A stretch of DNA of 64,000 nucleotides, from contig DATIJJ010000014.1 in the NCBI GenBank assembly GCA_035478795.1, positions 13,930 to 77,929 of the forward strand, read 5' to 3'. The position numbers were made by a program, and so were the translations under genes. The notes beneath the pieces were generated by a model that worked only from the letters and a program-made list of their open reading frames with translations, did not search any database and was not told the origin of the DNA. Every line of letters starts with the position of its first letter. Within the stretch, counting starts at the first letter, position 1. The stretch comes from Gammaproteobacteria bacterium. GTDB lineage: Bacteria > Pseudomonadota > Gammaproteobacteria > DSM-16500. Positions 52,876 to 61,682 of the stretch are shown one piece after another.

Positions 52876-53487
52876 ATGAAACTCTATTTTTCAAAAGGTG
52901 CGTGCTCGCTCGCCACACGCATTACGTTAAACGAGCTTGGAATTGGCGCGGAATACGAATCTGTGGATTTAAAAACAAAAAAAACAGCAACGGGCGAAGA
53001 TTTCTTAAAAATAAATCCGAAAGGCGCGGTTCCAGCGATCCTGCTCGATGATAAAACCGTTTTGACGGAAAATGCAGCCATTTTACAGTACCTGGCCGAT
53101 TTGAAAAAAGCCGATCATCTGCTCCCGCCTGTTTTCGACCGGCAGCGTTATTCTATCATTGAGTGGCTAAACTTTATTGCAACCGATTTACACAAGGGTT
53201 GCGGCGTTTTTTTCAATCCATTAATCCCTGACACACTCAAAAATACTCTTTTTCGCCCGCTTCTCGTTAGCAAGTTAAAACGGGTGGAAGATCAACTGGC
53301 AAAAACAGCCTGGATCGGCGGCAGTCATTTTACGCTGCCTGATGCTTATCTCTTTGTCATTTTAAGATGGTTGCCTTACATTCAAATAGACATGGTTAAG
53401 GATTTTCCGCAGTCAGCACGTTATTTTGAAACGCTGAAAAACCGTGATTCCGTGATGAAATCATTAAAAGAAGAAGATCTGGCATGA
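52876..53487 (+). CDS. Glutathione S-transferase (GstA/beta-class-like)
   Basis: MKLYFSKGACSLA..I.L.E.G........D.........F..INPKG.VP.L: beta-class GST N-domain with Cys10. Confidence 0.85.
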   Translation: MKLYFSKGACSLATRITLNELGIGAEYESVDLKTKKTATGEDFLKINPKGAVPAILLDDKTVLTENAAILQYLADLKKADHLLPPVFDRQRYSIIEWLNFIATDLHKGCGVFFNPLIPDTLKNTLFRPLLVSKLKRVEDQLAKTAWIGGSHFTLPDAYLFVILRWLPYIQIDMVKDFPQSARYFETLKNRDSVMKSLKEEDLA

Positions 53488-54185
53488 ATGTTTGGCCGCC
53501 GGATTATACAGTGATACGGCATCCTCGCAGCAAGCGTGTCAAAATAAAAGCCTCGGCTAAAAAAGGTCTTGAATTAATCGTACCGCCGCGATTCAGCTTA
53601 AAACATATCCCGATTATTTTAGTGGAAAACAGGCCATGGATTGAAAAACAATTGTTGAAACTGGCGAACCCTGAACGTGCGACATTACCCGAAAAAATTG
53701 TGTTGCGCGCCATTGATGAGACATGGTCTATCGAATACATAGAAAGTGATTTTTCAGCGCGAATCATTGCTCGCCCGCACCAGGCTTTGGCAGTGGTTGG
53801 CGCCATCCGGAATCAATCCATCTGCAAAAATTTATTGATCAACTGGTTAAAACAATTGGCCAGGCATCATTTAAAAAATCAGTTGGATACCGTCAGTCGC
53901 GAAATCGATTTAACCTACCGGAAAATGACAATCCGGGATCAGGAAACCCGCTGGGGAAGTTGTACGAAAGACAAAAACATCAGCCTGAATTACCGATTAC
54001 TCTTTTTACCCGCACCCTTGATGAAACATATTTTAATCCACGAATTATGCCACACCGTCCATCTCAACCATTCCAGCCGGTTCTGGAAACTGGTTGAGAA
54101 ACATGATCCCAACTGGGAAACACACAGGCGTGACACAAAAAAAGTGCGTGAATTTGTGCCCGCCTGGACAGATCATTTTTTTTAA
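53484..54185 (+). CDS. M48-family metallopeptidase (YgjP/DUF45-like)
   Basis: RWGSC......I.LN..L......... and the zinc motif HELCH. Confidence 0.8.
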   Translation: MNVWPPDYTVIRHPRSKRVKIKASAKKGLELIVPPRFSLKHIPIILVENRPWIEKQLLKLANPERATLPEKIVLRAIDETWSIEYIESDFSARIIARPHQALAVVGAIRNQSICKNLLINWLKQLARHHLKNQLDTVSREIDLTYRKMTIRDQETRWGSCTKDKNISLNYRLLFLPAPLMKHILIHELCHTVHLNHSSRFWKLVEKHDPNWETHRRDTKKVREFVPAWTDHFF

Positions 54186-55111
54186 CGGTTAATCGTCGTT
54201 TCCAACTGCTTCTCAATCAATGCAGCAAAAATCTGATGCGTTGCAGCGGATGGATGGACGGCATCCCAGAACACATGGCGATTCGGATCCTCACACAATT
54301 TCAGATCACCGGCCTGATAGGCCTTGCCTGACATCACCTGATCAATGTGTACGGCGCGATGGCTGCCCAATAATAAACAATCATCCGTCACATTATTAAT
54401 GGATTGACCATATTCCTTGTTGAATTTATCAGGATCTTGCAACAAATCTTCCAGAATGGCGTACGTATCAACCAACTGAACCATCGGATACTGCCTTTGC
54501 AAACGACCCATCGCCTGGGCCAATTGTTCATTGTGCATGAGGGTCAGTGCATGCAATCTTTCTGCAAATTGACTTCTTTTTCCATAAGGTGTTCTCGAAA
54601 GATCCGGCAGATTCATGACCATCACCCTTGTCGCACCGTGTTCCATGAGTGATACGACACCGGCCTCAATTTTATCCACGACGGCTTTCGTCAATACTTT
54701 TTCTTTCGTTGTATTATCATGCAAATAATCATTTGCCCCGATCCAGATAAATTGAATCGCCTTGCCCCGATCATCCGCTGTGGTTTCGTTATAATAGGCC
54801 GTCTGCTCCTCTTCGAGCGTCCTGGTCGATGAATCATTCAGGGTCGCTGTTGCACCGCCAAACGCATAATTGGTTTCATCCGTGTAATATTTATCGTAAA
54901 AATAGTGACCGACCTGATCTGCCCACGTGTAACCATTTGAAAAACGACCATAAAAATACGGAGAGGGCGGCACTATTTTCGCCGTGTTTCGATAGAGATT
55001 GCCATCATCGGTCAAACTGTCTCCAAAAAAAACGAGCTGGCTGACGGGTAACGCAAAAACGGTTGAAGAACACACGAATAACAACATCAAAAAAAGCATT
55101 TTTTTCATCAT
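54182..55111 (-). CDS. Secreted SGNH/GDSL lipase-acylhydrolase
   Basis: Signal peptide, block I FFGDSLTDDGN, block III GANDY, block V WDAVHPS. Confidence 0.8.
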   Translation of the reverse strand: MMKKMLFLMLLFVCSSTVFALPVSQLVFFGDSLTDDGNLYRNTAKIVPPSPYFYGRFSNGYTWADQVGHYFYDKYYTDETNYAFGGATATLNDSSTRTLEEEQTAYYNETTADDRGKAIQFIWIGANDYLHDNTTKEKVLTKAVVDKIEAGVVSLMEHGATRVMVMNLPDLSRTPYGKRSQFAERLHALTLMHNEQLAQAMGRLQRQYPMVQLVDTYAILEDLLQDPDKFNKEYGQSINNVTDDCLLLGSHRAVHIDQVMSGKAYQAGDLKLCEDPNRHVFWDAVHPSAATHQIFAALIEKQLETTINR

Positions 55112-55244
55112 GCAGACACTCCTTGTAAGTTGACGGTATTCAAACCCCGGCCAGTATAAATGAAATTATTATGTCGCGAAAGGTGACAGGCCGTTCATTA
55201 TTACCTAGAATGCAGGGCCAAACAGTGAGTTGATTAAAAAAAGT

Positions 55245-58200
55245 ATGATCACGTTACGCAATGTGACCCTCAATCGGGGCACCACGGTTTTATTAAAAAA
55301 TGTCAACTGGACGATTTATCCCGGGCAACGTATTGGTTTGATCGGTGCGAATGGCTCCGGAAAATCCAGTTTGTTTGCCCTGTTATTGAATAATCTGCAT
55401 GCTGATCAGGGCGATGTCGATATTTCCTGTCAACGGGTACTGGCACATGTTGCGCAGGAAACGCCGGCGTATGCAAGATCGGCGCTTGATTTTGTGCTGG
55501 ATGGTGATCGGATTCTCCGTCATCTGGAAGCAGAATTGCTGAAAGCGGAAGAGGCGAATGACGGTCATCGCATCGGTGATCTCCATGAAGAATTCGGTAA
55601 AATTGATGCATACACCGCACCTGCCCGGGCAGCGCAATTGCTTTCCGGTCTTGGCTTCACGCAGGAAGAACAACAAAAACCGGTCAGTGATTTTTCAGGC
55701 GGCTGGCGCGTTCGTTTAAATCTGGCAAAGGCACTCATGTGCCCATCCGATATTTTATTGCTGGATGAACCGACCAACCATCTGGATCTTGATGCTGTCA
55801 TCTGGCTGGAACAATGGTTGATAAAATATCCTGGTACATTGCTGCTGATTTCACACGATCGCGATTTTCTCGATCAGACAGTTGATCACATTGCCTATAT
55901 TGTCCACCAGCAGCTTGAAATTTACGCGGGTAACTATTCGACATTTGAAAAAACACGCGCCGCGCACATTCTCTTGCAACAGGCTGCCTATGAAAAACAG
56001 CAAAAACAGATTGCGCACATGCAAGGTTTTGTGAATCGTTTTCGTGCGAAAGCCAGCAAGGCGCGTCAGGCACAAAGCCGGATGAAAGCGATTGAACGCC
56101 TTGAACTCGTGAATGCCGTGCAAATCGAATCGCCTTTTCATTTTCATTTCAGGCCTCCTTTAAAATGTCCGAATCCCTTGCTGACACTCGATGAGGCGAG
56201 CATTGCCTACGGCGAAAAAAAAGTGCTGGATCATTTGAGTTTCAGCATCGGGCCGGATGACCGGATTGGCATCCTCGGGCCAAATGGTGCGGGCAAATCC
56301 AGTCTCATCAAATTACTTGCGGGCGAAATCGATCCTGCAACCGGGATACGCGAAACGAGTTCCGGTTTAAAAATCGGTTATTTTGCGCAACATCAGGTGG
56401 ATCATCTGAATTTGCAGGAAACACCGATGACGCATTTGCGTGAACTCGCACCCAATGTGCATGATCAGGAATTAAGAACATATCTTGGCACATTTGGTTT
56501 TGTCGGGACGGATGTGTTTGATCCGATTAAACAGTTTTCCGGCGGTGAAAAATCACGTCTTGCGCTGGCTCTTCTCATCTGGCAACGTCCGAATTTATTA
56601 TTGCTGGATGAACCGACCAACCACCTCGATCTTGAAATGCGAAATGCCCTGAGCATTGCCCTGCAGGAATATGAAGGTGCGATGTTACTTGTCTCGCACG
56701 ATCGATTTTTGCTGCGCGCCACAGTCGACCGGTTGGTGCTCGTGGCCAATCATCGGGTAGAACCTTTTACAGGCGATATGCCTGACTATGAAAAATGGTT
56801 GCTGGATTATCGCCGACAGACAAACAATTCTCGAAAAAAGGGATCCACTGAACCCATGACAAATTTAATTACGCTGGATAATGTTTCACTCGCTTTTGGT
56901 CTCGATGTGTTGCTCGATCGTGTCAAATTGCAAATTGAAAAAGGGGAACGCGTTTGTCTGATTGGACGCAATGGTGCCGGAAAATCATCGCTCATGAAAA
57001 TCATTGAAGGTACACAATCGCCGGATAGCGGCACCCTTTGGCGAAAACCTGCACTGCGCATGGCGCGTCTCACGCAGGAATTACCGCAAAATTTGACTGA
57101 AACCGTTTATGAATTTGTGGCGGGAGGACTGGCTGAAACCGGTGAATTACTCGCGCAGTTTAATGCACTGACTCATCGCGTTGCAGACAATTATACGGAA
57201 CAGGATTTAAAAGAACTGGAACGTTTACAACACGCCATCGATAGCAAAAATGGCTGGCATTTTGAGCAGGAAATCAAACGCATCCTGGAACGTCTGCAGT
57301 TGCCAAACGATCAACGCATGGCGGATCTTTCCGGTGGCTGGCAACGACGTGCAGCGCTCGCCAGAGCGCTTGTGACAGATCCGGAATTATTATTGCTCGA
57401 TGAGCCGACCAACCATCTGGACATTGAAGCGATTCAATGGCTGGAAGAAGATTTGTTGCGATCCGGTGTCGCATTGATTTTTATTACACATGATCGCGCC
57501 TTGTTGAAGCGTCTTGCGACCCGCATTATTGAACTGGATCGCGGGCAATTAACGTCATGGCCCGGTGATTATGAAAATTTTCTGAGGCGTAAGGAAGAAA
57601 TGCTGCATGCGGAAGAAAAACAGAATGCGGAATTTGATAAGAAACTGGCGGAGGAAGAACGCTGGATTCGTCAGGGCATCAAGGCACGTCGTACGCGTAA
57701 CGAAGGACGTGTGCGTGCATTGAAAGCGTTACGTGAAACACGGGCAAAACGTCGTGAAGTTCAGGGCAAGGCCAGTTTTGATTTGCACGCGGCTGAAAAA
57801 TCCGGACAACTGGTTGTGGAAGTAAATCACATTTCGCAAACATATCATCACAAAAAAATCATCGGGGATTTTTCACTTCGCATCATGCGGGGAGATAAAA
57901 TTGGTTTAATCGGCCCAAACGGAATTGGAAAAAGTACGCTGTTGAATATATTACTCGGCAATCTAACGCCACAACAGGGCACGGTACGCATGGGCACGCA
58001 ATTGCATATTGCTTATTTCGATCAGTTACGCAAAGCGCTCGATCCTGAAAAATCCGTCATGGAAAATGTGTCACCTGGCAGTGATACGATTGAAATTAAC
58101 GGTAAAAAACGTCACATCATCAGTTACCTCGGTGATTTTTTATTTACGCCAGCACGCGCCATGACACCGGTCAAGGCACTCTCGGGTGGTGAATGCAATC

Positions 58201-58745
58201 GTTTGCTGCTCGCGCGTCTTTTCAGTCAACCGTCCAATTTGCTGGTGCTGGATGAACCGACGAATGATCTTGACATTGAAACACTCGAATTACTGGAAGA
58301 ATTGTTAGGAGATTATCCGGGAACCTTATTGGTAGTCAGTCACGATCGGGCTTTTCTGGATAATGTGGTCACAAGTACGCTGGTTTTTGAAGGCAATGGC
58401 GTGATTCAGGATTATGTCGGTGGTTATGAGGATGGGTTAGCGCAAAAAAAATCGAACACCGACATCAAAAATACGATTGAAAAAAAACCCGCCGCTGAAA
58501 AATCAGGGCAAAAATTAAGTTATAAAGAACAAAAGGAACTGGAAGAATTACCCAAACGCATTGACACACTTGAAGCCGAACAGGCAGCCTTGCAAGCTAA
58601 AACCGCACAGCCGGATTTTTATCAACAGGATGAAGCGACCGTGTCCGAGGCCATGCAGCGCCTGAAGACGCTCGCCGAGATGCTTGAAAAGGCTTATGAG
58701 CGATGGGCGGTGCTGGATCAGAAGGCGGCGTTGCAGAAGAAATAA
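55245..58745 (+). CDS. Four-NBD ABC-F protein: in-frame fusion of a YheS-like module (lacking its C-terminal extension) and a full Uup module
   Basis: A single frame with no stop. It has four Walker A motifs (GANGSGKS, GPNGAGKS, GRNGAGKS, GPNGIGKS), four signatures and four DEPTN.LD motifs. The junction reads ...DYEKWLLDYRRQTNNSRKKGSTEP-MTNLITLDNVSL (internal ATG at 56856). Confidence 0.8.
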   Translation: MITLRNVTLNRGTTVLLKNVNWTIYPGQRIGLIGANGSGKSSLFALLLNNLHADQGDVDISCQRVLAHVAQETPAYARSALDFVLDGDRILRHLEAELLKAEEANDGHRIGDLHEEFGKIDAYTAPARAAQLLSGLGFTQEEQQKPVSDFSGGWRVRLNLAKALMCPSDILLLDEPTNHLDLDAVIWLEQWLIKYPGTLLLISHDRDFLDQTVDHIAYIVHQQLEIYAGNYSTFEKTRAAHILLQQAAYEKQQKQIAHMQGFVNRFRAKASKARQAQSRMKAIERLELVNAVQIESPFHFHFRPPLKCPNPLLTLDEASIAYGEKKVLDHLSFSIGPDDRIGILGPNGAGKSSLIKLLAGEIDPATGIRETSSGLKIGYFAQHQVDHLNLQETPMTHLRELAPNVHDQELRTYLGTFGFVGTDVFDPIKQFSGGEKSRLALALLIWQRPNLLLLDEPTNHLDLEMRNALSIALQEYEGAMLLVSHDRFLLRATVDRLVLVANHRVEPFTGDMPDYEKWLLDYRRQTNNSRKKGSTEPMTNLITLDNVSLAFGLDVLLDRVKLQIEKGERVCLIGRNGAGKSSLMKIIEGTQSPDSGTLWRKPALRMARLTQELPQNLTETVYEFVAGGLAETGELLAQFNALTHRVADNYTEQDLKELERLQHAIDSKNGWHFEQEIKRILERLQLPNDQRMADLSGGWQRRAALARALVTDPELLLLDEPTNHLDIEAIQWLEEDLLRSGVALIFITHDRALLKRLATRIIELDRGQLTSWPGDYENFLRRKEEMLHAEEKQNAEFDKKLAEEERWIRQGIKARRTRNEGRVRALKALRETRAKRREVQGKASFDLHAAEKSGQLVVEVNHISQTYHHKKIIGDFSLRIMRGDKIGLIGPNGIGKSTLLNILLGNLTPQQGTVRMGTQLHIAYFDQLRKALDPEKSVMENVSPGSDTIEINGKKRHIISYLGDFLFTPARAMTPVKALSGGECNRLLLARLFSQPSNLLVLDEPTNDLDIETLELLEELLGDYPGTLLVVSHDRAFLDNVVTSTLVFEGNGVIQDYVGGYEDGLAQKKSNTDIKNTIEKKPAAEKSGQKLSYKEQKELEELPKRIDTLEAEQAALQAKTAQPDFYQQDEATVSEAMQRLKTLAEMLEKAYERWAVLDQKAALQKK

Positions 58746-58803
58746 CGACAGAAGAAATAACGACAGAAAAAACAACGTCAAAAAAAATGTCAGTATTCGA
58801 TGA

Positions 58804-58836
58804 TGTCATGCCAGCATGTTTTTAGCTGGCATGACA
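58804..58836. other. 12-bp-stem hairpin downstream of the ABC-F gene
   Basis: TGTCATGCCAGC-atgttttta-GCTGGCATGACA. No U-run follows on the plus strand. Confidence 0.5.
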
Positions 58837-59021
58837 GCGAAGAGCTTCTACTGAATATGGAGGAAACTTCGCTATTTCGACTGAGGATTTGCATTTAACT
58901 TGTTGAATATACAGGGAAATTTTGACTTCGTGGCTTGCGTTTTCGGGGCTGAAATCTGTAACTTATTGAATATACTAATATTTTTAATTTTTGGTCATTT
59001 GGCCAATTTGAGGGTTTTATC

Positions 59022-59047
59022 GAAAAAACCCGGCTTTCGCCGGGTTT
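59022..59047. terminator. Bidirectional Rho-independent terminator
   Basis: AAAAAACCCGGC-tttc-GCCGGGTTTTTTA: an A-run and a T-run flank an 8-bp GC-rich stem. It abuts the stop of the minus-strand 687-aa gene. Confidence 0.75.
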
Positions 59048-61111
59048 TTATCGGACACTTATCGCCGGAACTGTATTGATGCTGGGAGCACGGCTACGTA
59101 ATGGTTGTGTTGGATCATTTGAAGGCGCGCCTCCTCCAAACGACCATCGCAGTGACGACGTTTTGAGCGGCTTAAGACTGCTCAGTAGAGAAGGTCTTCT
59201 GGCAGACTCATCCTCCTGAACAAAACTGGATCTGTTGTGCCTCACCTCCGCATCCCGCCGTTTCTGAAACACTCTCAACGCCAGATTCGCCAGCTGAACC
59301 TGCTGCGTCAAATGTTTTGTCTTCTCGACCGATTCTTTCAAGGCTTCTTCTGCCTTGGCCTGCTTGCGGTTGATGTTGTATTCATACACCTTGAGCGCAC
59401 CGTACAAAATGCCGACACCAAATATGAGCGCAATTGTCACCGGATTACTAAAAGCCGCCGCCGCAAATGGCAAATAAATCGCAGCGCCCTTGATTAAAAG
59501 ACACCGCATCACAAAGGCAGCCGTCGTAATACTGTTGATAAAGGTTAACGAACGGATACCCGCCTTCTTGACCTGCGACCACCACTTGATGGAGGTACGC
59601 GATCTGGCACCACCAAATTGCGGATTATCGAGCTCCGGCAATGTCATCGGCAATACCCTGTCTTCAGGCGACAAGCCGGCTTTTATTTGATTAATCTCTT
59701 TAAGCGTATTCCGGTACTGTGCTTCGAGACTCAACACACCTGTCTCTGCCTGCTTCGCCAACTCGACTTTCGCATCCACCGCTACATTTTGGCGAGCGTA
59801 ATGACCGATTCCCGCTTTATAAATACCGTACAATACACTGCCCGCAATAATCGCAGAGCCCATGATGGTATTGATCACCGGGATACTCTCAAGACCGGCA
59901 CCTACCAGGAGCAGAAAATCGGATGTAATCCAGGAAACGTATTGGAGATTGACATACATTGATACCATGTTCGTAAACCAGGACAATGTATTTTTCTTCG
60001 ATACGATGTCCCCGTTATTTTGGGCCAGCAATTGTATCTGGGCATGCAATTTTTCAGACTGTCCCGTGACCTTCAGCAAATCCGGATTTTTGCTCGCTTC
60101 TTTCAACTCTTTCTGCAATGTCTCTGTTGCCGCATCAAATCGCTGACGCAACACGACTTGCCGCATGATAGCGATCTTGTCGGCCTCAACCATCGCCTGT
60201 TCATCATCGGTTGCAACATCGGGAGCCGGTGTTGCAGCCCGTTTGTAATGACGCACAAAATTAATCGTCTTGACCAGGGGATACAAGAGTCCAATCGCCG
60301 CTGGAATACCAAATGCAACCGGCGTCGACAAGCCCACAATGCCATTTGAAAAACGACCGACATAACTGCCTACAGAAATCCACATTAACCAGTACATGCA
60401 AGCGCTGATAAATGTTCCGGTATACACAGGATTCAAAATTCTCCTGTTAAACCAGTGATTCTTGTAAGCCAGGTACAGGTTTTGTCGCCTCAACTTTTTG
60501 TGCAGATCATAATTCTCTTCGCGAAGCTTGAAAACCCACTCGTTCTTATCAATCGTGACAGACTCATATTTTTTGCCAAGCTCCGGATTATCTTTCAAAA
60601 TAGCTGGCAAATGGCGTTCAATTGCCTTTTTGACAGTTTCCTCGGCCGCTGCTGCATCTGTTGCCTGCTTTTTCTTTTTAGACACGCCGTCTTTTTCTTC
60701 ATCCAAAAGCGCCTGACGGATATGTTCGTAACTGCTGTGTTCCTTTATTTTTTGTTGTTTGTAATATTCGCGTGCAGCATTACCTGTCACAAGCAGTACT
60801 GCAAGACACAGCAGAAAAAAAGTGTGCGTCGGATCATGCGCTGTAAAACCAATACCAGGACCTGTTGCATCGCTATTGCCCGAAAAAATCTGGTCGCATA
60901 ATTGAGGATAACGGCCTTCGTACGTCATATACAAATCAACAGGTGTGACGATAGTATCCAGCATCAGGTTTTCATACTGGGCTGATGAAGGCCACCGTTT
61001 TTGAAAGAAAGATTTTTTGGGCGTCGACAATGGCACCCGGACGGATTTTTTGTTTACTGTCTGGAGCTCCACTCCTTCGTTTAGAATAATTGTTTTTCGC
61101 ACGCCCACCAT
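59048..61111 (-). CDS. Hypothetical 687-aa membrane protein with three or four bilobed hydrophobic hairpins, coiled-coil linkers and a Ser/Pro-rich tail
   Basis: A long ORF with its own terminator. I recognised no catalytic motif. Hydrophobic hairpins include TGTFISACMYWLMWISVG...GLSTPVAFGIPAAIGLLYPLV. Confidence 0.7.
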   Translation of the reverse strand: MVGVRKTIILNEGVELQTVNKKSVRVPLSTPKKSFFQKRWPSSAQYENLMLDTIVTPVDLYMTYEGRYPQLCDQIFSGNSDATGPGIGFTAHDPTHTFFLLCLAVLLVTGNAAREYYKQQKIKEHSSYEHIRQALLDEEKDGVSKKKKQATDAAAAEETVKKAIERHLPAILKDNPELGKKYESVTIDKNEWVFKLREENYDLHKKLRRQNLYLAYKNHWFNRRILNPVYTGTFISACMYWLMWISVGSYVGRFSNGIVGLSTPVAFGIPAAIGLLYPLVKTINFVRHYKRAATPAPDVATDDEQAMVEADKIAIMRQVVLRQRFDAATETLQKELKEASKNPDLLKVTGQSEKLHAQIQLLAQNNGDIVSKKNTLSWFTNMVSMYVNLQYVSWITSDFLLLVGAGLESIPVINTIMGSAIIAGSVLYGIYKAGIGHYARQNVAVDAKVELAKQAETGVLSLEAQYRNTLKEINQIKAGLSPEDRVLPMTLPELDNPQFGGARSRTSIKWWSQVKKAGIRSLTFINSITTAAFVMRCLLIKGAAIYLPFAAAAFSNPVTIALIFGVGILYGALKVYEYNINRKQAKAEEALKESVEKTKHLTQQVQLANLALRVFQKRRDAEVRHNRSSFVQEDESARRPSLLSSLKPLKTSSLRWSFGGGAPSNDPTQPLRSRAPSINTVPAISVR

Positions 61112-61249
61112 AACACCCTGCTCCCGAACACCTTAAATTTATAGTATTCCCAACACTTTACCGGGCAATCATTAAGGTTTTCTTAAAAAATAAAGAAAAT
61201 AGTGATGATTTTTCAGAAAATTTTTCGCTTATTTAAGAATACGTTAAGG

Positions 61250-61669
61250 TTAGCCGGTATAGCCATGAAGGAGCCCCTCGCCGGAGGGAATCCAGGTCAG
61301 TTCATCATTCACTATTTTAGGGGTCAGGACGTAAGTATCTGTTTCAAGGACGCCTTTTCGGGGAACAGGTGTTGCAATAATAATGCCATTGGTGACAGTC
61401 ATGCTGGCCAGCGCACCGTGTGATTTCGTGATGGCTGCAGGAATCGCATAACGACCTGCGTTGCAACCCGTGAATGTTTTCAATTTTTTGAAGCACTTGT
61501 CGACTGCTATTTTAAACGGTTCTGTCGCATCAACGATTTCCTTGTAATAATCCCGACGCATGTAATCACGATAAGCCGGAAAAGCCATCGCAAACAATCC
61601 CAGAATGACAAGGAGCGTAATGAATAATTCTTTTAAAACAAAACCTTTCAGTCGTATTTTAACCATCAT
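61250..61669 (-). CDS. Type IV pilin-like protein (prepilin-type N-terminal domain)
   Basis: KG-FVLKELFITLLVILGLFAMAFPAY: Gly-Phe cleavage context with Glu at +5 and a hydrophobic alpha1 helix. Start taken at the ATG at 61669 behind AGGAAAAA. Confidence 0.6.
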   Translation of the reverse strand: MMVKIRLKGFVLKELFITLLVILGLFAMAFPAYRDYMRRDYYKEIVDATEPFKIAVDKCFKKLKTFTGCNAGRYAIPAAITKSHGALASMTVTNGIIIATPVPRKGVLETDTYVLTPKIVNDELTWIPSGEGLLHGYTG

Positions 61670-61682
61670 GGATTTTTCCTGA

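Noticed and set aside
56841-56846. GGATCC (BamHI site) exactly in the linker of the YheS-Uup fusion, which could hint at an engineered junction
   Set aside because: GGATCC also occurs elsewhere in the window (for example near 271 and 26355), and the linker is otherwise unremarkable. This is insufficient to suggest cloning. It is only a reason to check read support.
58734-58763. 15-bp perfect tandem duplication (cagaagaaataacga x2, plus a degenerate third unit) spanning the ABC-F stop codon
   Set aside because: It is real in the sequence, but it only duplicates the last codons and the stop downstream of the gene. This looks like a simple slippage product with no evident function.
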